This document shows, one piece after another, positions 18,732 to 29,205 of a stretch of 64,000 nucleotides of DNA. Position 1 is the stretch's first letter. The number at the start of each line of letters is the position of its first letter. Origin of the DNA: Phormidium sp. (lineage in GTDB: Bacteria; Cyanobacteriota; Cyanobacteriia; Cyanobacteriales; Aerosakkonemataceae). The stretch is from positions 1,472,001 to 1,536,000 of the forward strand of contig CP143273.1 of NCBI GenBank assembly GCA_051013385.1. Reading direction: 5' to 3'. The notes below the pieces were generated by a model. That model was not told the DNA's origin. It worked only from the letters and a program-made list of their open reading frames with translations, and ran no database searches. The position numbers were made by a program, and so were the translations under genes.

Positions 18732-19522
18732 ATCAAAACACATTAGAAATTGCACAAGAGAGGACAACATATTTGGGTAAAGTATATTTAGTCGGTGCAG
18801 GCCCCGGAGATCCTGGTTTAATGACACTTAAAGGAAAAGCACTTTTACAATGTGCTGATGTCGTGATTTATGACGCACTTGTTAGCCCTTCAATTTTGGC
18901 AATGATTAACCCGCAAGCCGAAAAAATTGATGCGGGAAAAAGAATGGGTAGACACTCATTATTACAAGAAGAAACAACTAAATTATTAATTGAAAAAGCC
19001 CAAACTCAAGCAATAGTTGTCCGCCTCAAAGGTGGCGATCCTTTTGTGTTTGGTCGTGGCGGCGAAGAAATGGAAGACTTAATTAATGCCGGAGTTTCAG
19101 TAGAGGTAATTCCGGGGATAACATCAGGAATTGCCGCACCAGCTTACGCCGGAATTCCCCTGACGCATCGAAATTATAGTTCTTCAGTCACCTTTGTTAC
19201 TGGTCATGAAAGCGCCGGAAAATATCGTCCTGACATCAATTGGTCTGCGATCGCGCAAGGTTCCGAAACAATTGTAATATACATGGGCGTACATAATTTA
19301 GCCCAAATTGTGCCAAAATTACTAACAGCTGGATTAGCAGCAAATACACCCGTAGCCTTAGTTCGTTGGGGTACTAGACCAGAACAAGAAGAACTAATTG
19401 GCACCCTAGAAACAATCGTTGAACAAGTAGAAACAACTCAGTTCAGCGCCCCAGCGATCGCCATAATTGGTGCTGTCGTAAACCTACATAGTATACTGTC
19501 AGTAGCTCGCCCATCTATATAA
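18728..19522 (+). CDS. cobA: uroporphyrinogen-III C-methyltransferase
   Basis: VYLVGAGPGDPGL, VRLKGGDPFVFGRGGEE. Confidence 0.95.
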   Translation: MNQNTLEIAQERTTYLGKVYLVGAGPGDPGLMTLKGKALLQCADVVIYDALVSPSILAMINPQAEKIDAGKRMGRHSLLQEETTKLLIEKAQTQAIVVRLKGGDPFVFGRGGEEMEDLINAGVSVEVIPGITSGIAAPAYAGIPLTHRNYSSSVTFVTGHESAGKYRPDINWSAIAQGSETIVIYMGVHNLAQIVPKLLTAGLAANTPVALVRWGTRPEQEELIGTLETIVEQVETTQFSAPAIAIIGAVVNLHSILSVARPSI

Positions 19523-19529
19523 ACAAACA

Positions 19530-20015
19530 ATGGCTGTTAGTGGAATTACCTCAACCCAAGTAATTCAAACTATATTGGCTCCAGCAGTAATGATTTCCTC
19601 CAGTGCCCTATTTTTTTTAGGATTAAGTTCCCGATATGTGGCACTGTTAACCAGAATTAGATTACTCAACGATGAAAAAAGACATCATAATCGACAACTA
19701 GTTGAACAGGGGAAATTGACCCAGTTCGATCGCAACAGATTAGGTCATATCAACACTCAGATAGATGCTTTATTACGCGCAACATGGTACGTGCGAAACG
19801 CCATTTTGTGCCATATTTTAGCCGTAATTTGTTTTGTGTTGAGTTCATTTGCGATCGCTATCAACTTCCCCATTACTCATCGCCTTATTCAAGGCATACC
19901 CATCTATTTATTTTTAAGCGGAATGTTTTTAGTTTTATGCGGTGTTACCTGTATGGCTTTAGATATTTTTATATCTTCCAGAGTCATCTTAGTAGAAGTT
20001 AAAGATGAAGGTTAA
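19530..20015 (+). CDS. DUF2721-like membrane protein
   Basis: IQTILAPAVMIS start, RIRLL, three hydrophobic helices. Confidence 0.75.
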   Translation: MAVSGITSTQVIQTILAPAVMISSSALFFLGLSSRYVALLTRIRLLNDEKRHHNRQLVEQGKLTQFDRNRLGHINTQIDALLRATWYVRNAILCHILAVICFVLSSFAIAINFPITHRLIQGIPIYLFLSGMFLVLCGVTCMALDIFISSRVILVEVKDEG

Positions 20016-20226
20016 CAGAAAAAAACACTTAGTTGCAAAACTTAAACTTTAAATTCGATACAGGGGGAAACAACCCTAAACTTACCTGAAAAATTTGTGT
20101 TAATCTGTCTGTAGAGAGAAAGTGAGCGGTGCAACTAGAAGCCATACCCTCAGCAATATCCCAGAAAAAACTCCTTTTCTCTTTAGGGTGTTGGCGTAAT
20201 CAAAAAAAGATTATAGTGTTATATGA

Positions 20227-21582
20227 TTGGACAACATTTCTGTGCAGCCCTTGTCGATCTATTACCCACATCTATTCCTATTTGTCTATAGCCTGAGAGA
20301 AATACAGGAAGACATTCAACCAACCCCCCAGCAACAATCCTGGGAAAGTTTGCGTAATCGTCTCAAACTTGACCAAGACGCACATAGCAACCCAGAAAGA
20401 AACTACCCCTTTATCGTCGAAGGTCTCGAAGGCGTAACAGGTTTCTATCGCCACTACATCTTGGGAGATACAGATAGTTTATTAGTTTGTTGCAGTACTA
20501 AAGATAAAGAAAACCCCCAAAATTATGATTGCTTTTATGAATTTCAGAAAAAACTAGAAGCTCAAGGCACTATAGGCAAAACATGGCTGATTTTAGGCTA
20601 TGTGAACTCCGCCACCGATCAAGACAAAGAAAAAGCAGCTAAACAAGCTTACCAGTCATTTAGAAAAGATGCCACAGAACCACAACTTAGACCCGGAAAT
20701 CACTTTTTAGGAAGTTCAGTTTTTGAAATTTGGGAATCACCAGAAGATTGGACAAATACCCCAGAACATGAAAATGTACTAATTTGTATTTGTCCCCACA
20801 AAAAGATAGTAGAAAGGATTGAAACTTTTCAATATGAACTAATGTTATTGTTCTATTATCGCCATAAAATTTATTGGAACTATCGCAGTAGTATAAACAT
20901 TAGAAGAATGCTGATCCAGGAGGGTATTTTCCCCGAAACTAACCAAATAAATGAAGCTATTATTAACTGGCCTGAAATCAGCGAGATCGAACGAAAGTTT
21001 GATTACTTCAATCACGAACTTCGGACAAATTTGCATATTTTAGCTAAATATACAATGGCACTGGAAAGTTTGAAAGTGCAACTGCAAAATTTGCGGCAAA
21101 ACCTACAAAACTACCAAAATCACTTAGCAATAATCAAAAGTAAAGCAACTGAAGAAACCGGAATAACTCAACTCAAATTTTTCGAGGAATTTGGCGAATT
21201 TACTGCGGCTGATTATCTGTTGCAAATGGAACAAGATTATCGAATATTAATGCCACAATTACAGGTAAGAGAACAATACATTAATAGTATCCGCACTTTT
21301 ATTGAAATACTTCGAGGCGAACAAGACCGCCAAATAGCCAGTCAAAATACCAAGTTTCAAGATACAGTAATCTTTCTCGGTACTACTATTGGTACTTCTA
21401 CCTTTACAGCCGTTGCTTCCGCACCATTTATAATTAAACAAGCTACTACCTCAAAGTTAAGTCAAACTCCTGAGAATGGTTGGTTCACCTGCATTAGTTT
21501 CTTAATTTTATATTTAGCGATCGGTCTAATTTCCGGTTACTTTGTCTCTCAATGGTGGCGGTTCTCTCAAAAATCTAGATGA
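20227..21582 (+). CDS. hypothetical protein with coiled coil and two C-terminal TM helices
   Basis: 451-aa ORF with a TTG start, heptad-rich middle and two hydrophobic C-terminal segments. Confidence 0.7.
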   Translation: MDNISVQPLSIYYPHLFLFVYSLREIQEDIQPTPQQQSWESLRNRLKLDQDAHSNPERNYPFIVEGLEGVTGFYRHYILGDTDSLLVCCSTKDKENPQNYDCFYEFQKKLEAQGTIGKTWLILGYVNSATDQDKEKAAKQAYQSFRKDATEPQLRPGNHFLGSSVFEIWESPEDWTNTPEHENVLICICPHKKIVERIETFQYELMLLFYYRHKIYWNYRSSINIRRMLIQEGIFPETNQINEAIINWPEISEIERKFDYFNHELRTNLHILAKYTMALESLKVQLQNLRQNLQNYQNHLAIIKSKATEETGITQLKFFEEFGEFTAADYLLQMEQDYRILMPQLQVREQYINSIRTFIEILRGEQDRQIASQNTKFQDTVIFLGTTIGTSTFTAVASAPFIIKQATTSKLSQTPENGWFTCISFLILYLAIGLISGYFVSQWWRFSQKSR

Positions 21583-21604
21583 TTTAAATCGATTGAGATC
21601 CTTG

Positions 21605-21637
21605 AGATCCCCGACTTCTTGAAGAAGTCGGGGATCT
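21605..21637. repeat. REP-like palindrome (copy of 8627-8659)
   Basis: Identical 33-bp sequence. Confidence 0.85.
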
Positions 21638-21693
21638 CAGATCGTAGGGAATCTGGGGAATTACAATAAAAAAGAAGCATTCAGGTAAAAACT

Positions 21694-22671
21694 ATTTCTC
21701 ACTCTCACATCGAACTAGAAGTTCAACAAACTGCTGATTTTCTCAAACAAACTCAAACCGATCGCATAGACGCTTGGTTAGCTAGTCAAGTACCAGACCT
21801 TTCTCGATCGCGCATTCAAAAACTAATTCAACAAGCAAATGTCCAAATTAATGGCGAAGTTTGTACTAGCAAAAATTACACGGTAAAAACAGGCGATCGC
21901 ATCCAGATCGCTATTCCCGAAGCTACAACTTCAGAACTAAAACCAGAAACAATTCCTCTGGATATCCTTTACGAAGATGACCATTTACTCATAATTAACA
22001 AACCAGCTGGTTTAGTCGTTCATCCCGCTGCTGGACACTTCGATGGAACTCTCGTTAATGCTTTGTTAGCTCACTGTCCCTTAGCGGAAATAGGCGGTGT
22101 CCAGCGTCCGGGTATAGTTCACCGCTTGGACAAGGATACTACTGGCGCGATCGCGATCGCCAAAACAGACCAAGCATACCAACACCTGCAAGCACAACTC
22201 AAAGCTAAAACCGCCCGTCGCGAATATTTAGGCGTAGTTTATGGCGCTACCAAAACCGAAAGCGGCACCGTTGACCAACCGATCGGTCGCCATCCCGTAG
22301 ACCGCAAAAAAATGGCAGTTGTCCCCGAAGCAAAAGGCGGTCGTCCCTCAGTCACTCACTGGTGGGTCAAGGAACGCCTGGGAAATTACACTTTGATGCA
22401 CTTCCAGCTAGAAACAGGTCGCACCCACCAAATTCGCGTCCACAGCGCCCACATGGGTCATCCAATCGTTGGTGATCCAGTTTACAGTTCTGGGCGAGAT
22501 GTCGGTGTTAACCTACCCGGACAAGCTTTACACGCTTGGCGACTCTCCCTCCAACATCCGGTTACTGGAGAGTTGGTACAAGTGGCTGCCCCACCTCCCC
22601 ATTCTTTTGTGACTCTCCTGGAAGTTTTGCGGCGGCGTAGCGGTCTACCCCCCAGGTCATTTGAATTTTAA
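21694..22671 (+). CDS. rluD: RluA/RluD family pseudouridine synthase with S4 domain; start codon non-canonical or uncertain
   Basis: In-frame S4 domain (DRIDAWLA...SRSRIQKLI), LDILYEDD, NKPAGLVVHP, HRLDKDTTG, ETGRTHQIRVH. No ATG/GTG/TTG between the stop at 21667-21669 and 22063. Confidence 0.85.
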   Translation: MSHSHIELEVQQTADFLKQTQTDRIDAWLASQVPDLSRSRIQKLIQQANVQINGEVCTSKNYTVKTGDRIQIAIPEATTSELKPETIPLDILYEDDHLLIINKPAGLVVHPAAGHFDGTLVNALLAHCPLAEIGGVQRPGIVHRLDKDTTGAIAIAKTDQAYQHLQAQLKAKTARREYLGVVYGATKTESGTVDQPIGRHPVDRKKMAVVPEAKGGRPSVTHWWVKERLGNYTLMHFQLETGRTHQIRVHSAHMGHPIVGDPVYSSGRDVGVNLPGQALHAWRLSLQHPVTGELVQVAAPPPHSFVTLLEVLRRRSGLPPRSFEF

Positions 22672-22943
22672 ATTAGCCGTTTCTATCTATCTCTAGATAG
22701 ATGATTTGTGCGATCGCTTTTCTATTTCTCACTCACCCAGCCGCAAAATTCCCCAACCCCCCAGCAATTTGACAAAAATTTTGCCGGAATTTTACATAGC
22801 TATGTAAACTTTCCTTCACATAACTATATAAATTAAACAGAATTTTGGATTTATATATAACTTTATAACCCTTGCTGGCTAAATCTTACAGCCAATACTT
22901 AAGAAAATATAAAAATCAACCACAGCACTGAATATCACCAACA

Positions 22944-22961
22944 CTTGTTAAGGAATGTAAA
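22944..22961 (-). promoter_or_regulatory. possible RpaB HLR1-like site upstream of cpcB
   Basis: Minus strand reads TTTACATT-CC-TTAACAAG, versus the (G/T)TTACA(T/A)(T/A)-N2 direct repeat. The second half has 2 mismatches. Confidence 0.35.
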
Positions 22962-23373
22962 GAAAATGGGGAAAATCAGGCGGGATAACCCTAATAAATA
23001 AAGGAATTGCAGCGTTTCTCTATACTTAGCTAAGGTATTTAATAATTCGTAATAAATAAATCACAATAGGCAGTGTATAAAAATAACCTGTAGGGACTAG
23101 AAGACAGGCAAAAGTTACACAAAACACTCGTTAAGTAAGTTTGCTCGTTTCTCATAAAAACGTGAACTTTTCTCAGATTTATGCCTTATGCTTGTACAAA
23201 GATGAAGATTGCTCATCGACGAGTCATAAGTCAGAAGGTCAAAACAGTGTTTTGTTGCCTGAAATCTGACACCTGCTAGGCTAATTCAAATTTAAAAGAG
23301 TTAGCTTAACCAGAGATTCCGAAAATTTTCCGCAAAACGCACTCAACAACAATTCAAGTAGGAGATTGAGTAA

Positions 23374-23892
23374 ATGTTAGACGCATTCGCCAAGGTTGTT
23401 TCTCAGGCTGATGCTAAAGGCGAGTTCCTGAGCGCCGGACAATTAGATGCTTTAACCAACATGGTTAAAGAAGGCAACAAGCGCTTAGATGTCGTGAACC
23501 GCATTACCAGCAACGGTTCCACCATCGTTGCTAACGCTGCTCGCGCCTTGTTCGCAGAGCAACCTCAGCTGATCGCTCCTGGCGGAAACGCCTACACCAA
23601 CCGTCGCATGGCTGCTTGCTTGCGCGACATGGAAATCATCTTACGCTATGTTACTTATGCGATTCTCGCAGGTGACTCCAGCGTATTAGACGATCGTTGC
23701 TTAAACGGTCTACGCGAAACCTACCAAGCTCTCGGTACTCCTGGTTCTTCCGTAGCAGTTGGCGTGCAAAAAATGAAAGAAGCAGCAATTGCTATTGCTA
23801 ACGATCCCAACGGTATCAGCAAAGGTGATTGCAGCCAGTTGATCTCTGAAGTAGCTAGCTACTTCGACCGCGCTTCTGCTGCTGTTGCTTAA
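23374..23892 (+). CDS. cpcB: C-phycocyanin beta subunit
   Basis: [32 protein letters not shown]. Confidence 0.98.
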   Translation: MLDAFAKVVSQADAKGEFLSAGQLDALTNMVKEGNKRLDVVNRITSNGSTIVANAARALFAEQPQLIAPGGNAYTNRRMAACLRDMEIILRYVTYAILAGDSSVLDDRCLNGLRETYQALGTPGSSVAVGVQKMKEAAIAIANDPNGISKGDCSQLISEVASYFDRASAAVA

Positions 23893-23970
23893 GAAGCAGA
23901 AAGTGTAACAACACTCTCATTTTTTTAGAACTGTCGTTAGAAAACATCTGCATTTGGAGATACCAACAAC

Positions 23971-24459
23971 ATGAAGACCCCTCTTACCGAAGCGATCGCC
24001 GCAGCCGATACCCAAGGCCGTTTCCTGAGCAACACCGAACTGCAAGTTGCTCGTGGTCGTTTTGAACGCGCATCTGACAGCATGGAAGCTGCTCGTGCTC
24101 TGACCAACAACGCGCAAAGCCTGATCAACGGTGCAGCCCAAGCGGTGTACAACAAATTCCCCTACACCACTCAAATGCAAGGGCCTAACTATGCTTCTAC
24201 CAACGAAGGCAAAGCCAAGTGCGCTCGTGACATCGGCTACTACCTCCGCATGGTAACCTACTGCTTGGTTGCTGGTGGCACAGGTCCAATGGACGAATAC
24301 TTGATTGCTGGTTTGGATGAAATCAACACCACATTTGAGTTGTCTCCCAGCTGGTACGTTGAAGCTTTGAAATATATCAAAGGTAATCACGGTCTGTCTG
24401 GTCAAGCTGCTAACGAAGCTAATACCTACATCGACTACGCGATCAACGCTTTAAGCTAA
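23971..24459 (+). CDS. cpcA: C-phycocyanin alpha subunit
   Basis: [31 protein letters not shown]. Confidence 0.98.
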   Translation: MKTPLTEAIAAADTQGRFLSNTELQVARGRFERASDSMEAARALTNNAQSLINGAAQAVYNKFPYTTQMQGPNYASTNEGKAKCARDIGYYLRMVTYCLVAGGTGPMDEYLIAGLDEINTTFELSPSWYVEALKYIKGNHGLSGQAANEANTYIDYAINALS

Positions 24460-24469
24460 TCGATCGCAT

Positions 24470-24529
24470 GGCCCGGAAAGGTGTGCAGTTGCTGGCTGCA
24501 AAACTAGCAGGTGCGTACTTCTCCGGGCA
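24470..24529 (+). terminator. stem-loop after cpcA (partial termination or mRNA stabilisation)
   Basis: GCCCGGA...TCCGGGC long imperfect stem between cpcA and cpcC. Confidence 0.6.
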
Positions 24530-24581
24530 TTGTTGTATCTAAATCAAGTGCTCTGTTTGTTGTGTTGGGAGATTATTAATT

Positions 24582-25445
24582 GTGGCGATAACAGCAGCAG
24601 CATCTCGGTTGGGAACCTCAGCATTTAGCGACAGCGCTAAAGTGGAACTGCGTCCCAATTCCAGCAAAGAAGATGTTCAAAACGTGATTCGAGCCATCTA
24701 CCGTCAGGTACTTGGCAACGACTATTTAATGGCTTCTGAAAGATTGACCAGCGCGGAATCTTTGTTAGCTGATGGCAACATCTCAGTTAGAGAGTTTGTT
24801 CGCATCCTGGCAAAATCAGAGCTATACAAAACCAAATTTTTCTACAACAACTTTCAAACCCGGGTCATTGAACTCAACTACAAACATCTGTTGGGACGTG
24901 CCCCTTATGACGAATCTGAGGTAATTTTCCACCTCGATTTGTGGAATAACGAAGGTTACGACGCAGAAATCGATTCTTACATCGATTCTCCAGAGTACAC
25001 AGCTAACTTTGGCGATAACATCGTACCTTTCTATCGCGGTTTTGAAACCCAACCTGGTCAAAAACAAGTCGGTTTTAACCGGATGTTTAAGTTGTACCGG
25101 GGTTATGCTAACAGCGATCGCGCCCAAGCTCAAGGCAGCAGTTCTCGCCTCGCCCGTGACTTGGCAATGAACTTACCAACAACCATTGTTAAACCTTCCG
25201 GTGGCGATGGCAGTTGGTCATACTACAGCGCTTCCAGCGATATTGCACCTCGCAACTGTTTGGGTGGTTCCTACGGTGAAAGTGGTCGCGTTTATCGCAT
25301 CGAAGTTGCAGGCATTCGCCAACCTGGATACCCAGGAGTACGTCGCAGCAGCGTCGCCTACTTGGTACCCTACGAAAACTTGTCCAACAAAATGCAACAA
25401 GTTCTTCGCGCAGGCGGCAAAATCATTAGCGTTACCCAAGCTTAG
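24582..25445 (+). CDS. cpcC: phycocyanin rod linker
   Basis: [27 protein letters not shown]-terminal CpcD-like domain. Confidence 0.95.
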   Translation: MAITAAASRLGTSAFSDSAKVELRPNSSKEDVQNVIRAIYRQVLGNDYLMASERLTSAESLLADGNISVREFVRILAKSELYKTKFFYNNFQTRVIELNYKHLLGRAPYDESEVIFHLDLWNNEGYDAEIDSYIDSPEYTANFGDNIVPFYRGFETQPGQKQVGFNRMFKLYRGYANSDRAQAQGSSSRLARDLAMNLPTTIVKPSGGDGSWSYYSASSDIAPRNCLGGSYGESGRVYRIEVAGIRQPGYPGVRRSSVAYLVPYENLSNKMQQVLRAGGKIISVTQA

Positions 25446-25510
25446 AAATAGTCAATCGATTTTCGATTTTCGATTTTTAAAATCGTAACTTAGGGAATTG
25501 GAGGAATTAA

Positions 25511-25783
25511 ATGCTCGGTCAAACCGCTATCGGTAGCGCTGCTAATACACCCTCTGGTAGCCGCGTTTTTCGTTACGAAGTTGTTGGGTTACGCCAAAAC
25601 GACGAAACTGACAAAAACAACTACTCAATTCGTCGTAGCGGCAGTGTGTTTATCACCGTACCCTACAGCCGCATGAATGAAGAAATGCAGCGCATCACCC
25701 GCTTGGGTGGCAAAATCGTCGGCATTCATCCAATGGGTGCAGAAGAAGCAGCCGCCAAAACACCCGCGAAAGCAGAAGAATAG
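25511..25783 (+). CDS. cpcD: rod-capping linker
   Basis: SRVFRYEVVGL, VPYSRMNEEMQRITRLGGKI. Confidence 0.95.
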   Translation: MLGQTAIGSAANTPSGSRVFRYEVVGLRQNDETDKNNYSIRRSGSVFITVPYSRMNEEMQRITRLGGKIVGIHPMGAEEAAAKTPAKAEE

Positions 25784-25803
25784 GGGAAACTTGATTCTCA
25801 GCT

Positions 25804-26634
25804 ATGCAGGAATCCGATCCTGAAAGAATAGGCGGACAGGAAAATTCCCCATCGCTTACCGTAGAGCAAGCGATCGCCAACCTGAGCCACGAAGATACAA
25901 GTCTGCGTTACTATGCAGCTTGGTGGCTGGGTAAGTTTCAGGTGAGAGAACCAGCGGCAATAGAAGCTCTGATTGCAGCTTTAGAAGATGAAGCCGATCG
26001 CACAGAGTTAGGCGGTTATCCCCTCAGACGCAACGCAGCTAGGGCATTAGGAAAACTGGGAGATGTTAGAGCAACACCAGGCTTAATTAAATGTTTGGAT
26101 TGTTCTGATTTCTACGTGCGCGAAGCAGCTGCACAGTCGCTGGGCAAATTGGGCGAGCCAAGTTGTATACCAGTGCTGGAGCAGCTGCTATCTGGTGGTT
26201 TAGCTGCCGCAGTGCCAGTACCGGGAAGACCCCACCTAGCCGAACCTTACGAAGCAGTCATGGAAGCATTGGGCGCATTGGGAGCCAAAACAGCCATCCC
26301 TTTGATTCAACCCTTCCTCGAACACCCAGTCGCACGAGTTCAGTATTCCGCTACTAGAGCTATGTATCAATTGACCCAAGAGCAAATCTACGGGGAACGC
26401 TTGGTACAAGCTTTGTCAGGAAAGGATATTCAACTGCGTCGAGTCGCACTCTCTGACTTAGGTGCAATTGGTTATTTACCAGCAGCAGAAGCGATCGCTA
26501 CTTCCGCAACAGAAAACAGCTTCAAATTAATTGCCCTCAAAGGCATTCTCGAACACCAACTTAACCCAGAACAAGCGCAATCGCTTAATGACGCAGCCAT
26601 CAGAGTTATGACTTTGATGGATTCGCTGTTATAG
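25804..26634 (+). CDS. cpcE: phycocyanobilin lyase subunit CpcE
   Basis: RYYAAWWLG, GGYPLRRNAARALG, HEAT repeats, operon position. Confidence 0.93.
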   Translation: MQESDPERIGGQENSPSLTVEQAIANLSHEDTSLRYYAAWWLGKFQVREPAAIEALIAALEDEADRTELGGYPLRRNAARALGKLGDVRATPGLIKCLDCSDFYVREAAAQSLGKLGEPSCIPVLEQLLSGGLAAAVPVPGRPHLAEPYEAVMEALGALGAKTAIPLIQPFLEHPVARVQYSATRAMYQLTQEQIYGERLVQALSGKDIQLRRVALSDLGAIGYLPAAEAIATSATENSFKLIALKGILEHQLNPEQAQSLNDAAIRVMTLMDSLL

Positions 26635-26640
26635 TCTGTT

Positions 26641-26770
26641 ATTTGTCCTTCGTCATCCGTCATTTGTCCTTTGTCATCTGGGAAAAGTGATTTTTTAAAT
26701 AGTTTGGAGAATTACTTTTACACTCACTATTGACCAATGACCAATGACCTATGACCAATAACCAAATGAC
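26641..26770. repeat. STRR2-type heptamer tracts (TTTGTCA / TGACCAA)
   Basis: Imperfect 7-mer runs between cpcE and cpcF. Similar runs at 27378-27455 and 52570-52612. Confidence 0.7.
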
Positions 26771-27374
26771 CGATCATCAGCAACTTATTCAAGCTGTAGA
26801 ACAAGCAGATTCACCAGAACGCCTGATTACAGCAGTCAACACTCTAGCAGCTGCCCGTTCGGAAGCGGGAATTCCCACACTAATCGCTGCTTTAGGTTAT
26901 AACAACCCCGGAGCAGCACTCGCAGCAGTCGCCGGACTAGTTCAAATGGGAGCAACAGCAGTACCTTTATTATTAGAACTGCTTGATGGGTATAACTATG
27001 GTGCTAGAGCTTATGCGATTCGAGCTTTAGCTGCGATCGCAGATCCCCGCGCCCTAGAAGTTTTACTCAACGCCGCCAAAAGCGACTTCGCCCCTAGCGT
27101 CCGTCGTGCTGCCAGCAAAGGATTGGGAAATTTGCACTGGAATCAACTTGAACCTAGCCATCAGCAACTTGCCCAAGAAAAAGCTTTTCAAACATTAGCA
27201 GAAATCTGCCAAGACACCGATTGGTCGATTCGCTACGCAGCAATTGTTGGCTTGCACACAATGGCTAATCAAACCGATTTCCACAGCAAAATTTTGTCAC
27301 ATTTTCACAAAATGAGCCAAACAGAAACCGACTTAGCAGTTCGCGCTAGAGTGCAATTAGCAATCAATTCCTAA
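26766..27374 (+). CDS. cpcF: phycocyanobilin lyase subunit CpcF
   Basis: LGYNNPGAA, YNYGARAYA, DFAPSVRRAA. Alternative start 26751 lies within the heptamer repeats. Confidence 0.92.
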   Translation: MTDHQQLIQAVEQADSPERLITAVNTLAAARSEAGIPTLIAALGYNNPGAALAAVAGLVQMGATAVPLLLELLDGYNYGARAYAIRALAAIADPRALEVLLNAAKSDFAPSVRRAASKGLGNLHWNQLEPSHQQLAQEKAFQTLAEICQDTDWSIRYAAIVGLHTMANQTDFHSKILSHFHKMSQTETDLAVRARVQLAINS

Positions 27375-27480
27375 TTTTGTCATTCGTCATTTGTCCTTAG
27401 TTATTTGTTAGCAAATAATCACCAATGACATAAGACCAATGACATAAGACTAATCAACTAGCAAAAGAGAACTAGTTAAA

Positions 27481-28320
27481 ATGTCAATACCACTCCTAGA
27501 AATTACTCCCACCACGCAAAATCAGCGTGTACCCGGTTACGAAGTTCCTGATGAAGATGATTCCCCAATGTATCGTCTGGCAGATGCCATTTCTGATGCA
27601 GACATTGATGCCCTAATTTGGGCTGGATATCGCCAAATCTTCAGCGAACACCTGATTTTAGAAAGTCACCGTCAACCATCCTTAGAATCTCTCCTAAGAA
27701 ATCGAGTGATTTCTGTTAGAGAGTTTATTCGCGGATTAGGAAAATCTGAAGTTTACCGGGAATTGGTAGCAGATACTAACTCGAATTATCGGTTAGTTGA
27801 CATCACTTTCAAACGCTTCTTAGGACGCGCAACATACAACAAAGATGAGCAAATCTCTTGGTCAATTGTAATTGCTACTAAGGGATTACATGGCTTTATT
27901 GATGCCATTGTTGATGGGGAAGAATATGCCCAAAACTTCGGTGATGACATTGTTCCTTATCAACGCCGTCGCTTCAACGAAAGACCTTTTAACTTAGTTA
28001 ATCCTCGTTATAGCGATTACTGGCGCACTCGCCAAATTGCCCTAGAAGGTCGTACCTACTACGAAGTAAAAATCTCCGGTCAAGGAAACTCAGAAAAACG
28101 CTCAGTGCGTTCTGCTATTCCCAACACATTTTTGGAAATGGCAAAGGGTATTGTGACACCACAAATCGACTTTCAACGCGATCGCGATCGGGCAATTAAC
28201 ACCGCCAGAAGCGTCCAAATTCCCGAAATGACTCGCAAAGGTAGCACTGTTAAACCATCAGTCAGCCGCACGGAAGTTTCCCTTCCTTACAGCTATATAC
28301 CTGCTGATCCTAAAGTCTAG
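27481..28320 (+). CDS. cpcG1: rod-core linker CpcG1
   Basis: MSIPLLE, QNQRV, YRQIFSEH, VPYQRRR. 279 aa. Confidence 0.9.
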   Translation: MSIPLLEITPTTQNQRVPGYEVPDEDDSPMYRLADAISDADIDALIWAGYRQIFSEHLILESHRQPSLESLLRNRVISVREFIRGLGKSEVYRELVADTNSNYRLVDITFKRFLGRATYNKDEQISWSIVIATKGLHGFIDAIVDGEEYAQNFGDDIVPYQRRRFNERPFNLVNPRYSDYWRTRQIALEGRTYYEVKISGQGNSEKRSVRSAIPNTFLEMAKGIVTPQIDFQRDRDRAINTARSVQIPEMTRKGSTVKPSVSRTEVSLPYSYIPADPKV

Positions 28321-28410
28321 TAATTTTAGATTTTAGGGTTTAAATTTTAGATTAAATCCAAATCTAAAATTTTTCACCCAGCAAACAACTAAAAACACAA
28401 AAAGAGACTC

Positions 28411-29160
28411 ATGTCAATACCTTTGCTAACTTACAAACCCTCCTCGCAAAACCAGCGAGTAGCGGGTTATGAAGTACCCAACGAAGATACACCCTATATC
28501 TATCGTCTTGAAGATTGTGCTGATGAAACTGACATCCAAGAATTAATTTGGGCAGCTTATCGCCAAGTCTTCAGCGAACATGAAATCCTCAAACGGTTTC
28601 GCCAACCTGGTTTAGAATCTCAACTGAAAAATCGCTCTATTACTGTACGCGATTTCATTCGGGGATTAGCAAAAACCGAGGCATTTTATCGCTTAGTTGT
28701 GGAAACAAACTCTAACTATCGCGTTGTAGAAGTTTGCCTCAAACGTATTTTGGGACGTGCCCAATACAATAAAGATGAAGAAATTGCCTGGTCAATTAAA
28801 ATTGCAACCAAAGGCATTGGCGGATTTATTGACGCACTAGTTGATAGCGAAGAGTATCAAACTAACTTTGGTGACAATACAGTACCTTATCAACGTCGTC
28901 GGTATAAAGACCGTCCCTTCAACTTGGTAACACCTCGCTACGCTGGCTACTGGCGTGACAAACAAGAGGACGCACGTTACAAATGGGGCGCTGTGGGGAA
29001 CTTTTTGGACATGGCGCGATCGATCAAGATCACCCCTGTCACCCAAACTACCAAAGTTGACACCGCGAACATCAAAATTCCTGACACAACCAGGGATAAT
29101 AAGCCAGAAGGCACTCGCGTATCAATTAACCCAGTGGCATCTTTCCCCGCCCGTAAATAG
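28411..29160 (+). CDS. cpcG2: rod-core linker CpcG2
   Basis: [35 protein letters not shown]. Confidence 0.9.
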   Translation: MSIPLLTYKPSSQNQRVAGYEVPNEDTPYIYRLEDCADETDIQELIWAAYRQVFSEHEILKRFRQPGLESQLKNRSITVRDFIRGLAKTEAFYRLVVETNSNYRVVEVCLKRILGRAQYNKDEEIAWSIKIATKGIGGFIDALVDSEEYQTNFGDNTVPYQRRRYKDRPFNLVTPRYAGYWRDKQEDARYKWGAVGNFLDMARSIKITPVTQTTKVDTANIKIPDTTRDNKPEGTRVSINPVASFPARK

Positions 29161-29205
29161 GTAATCCCATTCACCGCCAATCTTACCAAATTAGGAGATT
29201 ATTGC

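Noticed and set aside
22063..22671. rluD starting at TTG 22063
   Set aside because: This start would delete the intact in-frame S4 domain and the conserved NKPAG motif.
23917..25488. antisense and alternate-frame ORFs over cpcA/cpcC
   Set aside because: Shadows of strongly biased codon usage in highly expressed genes.
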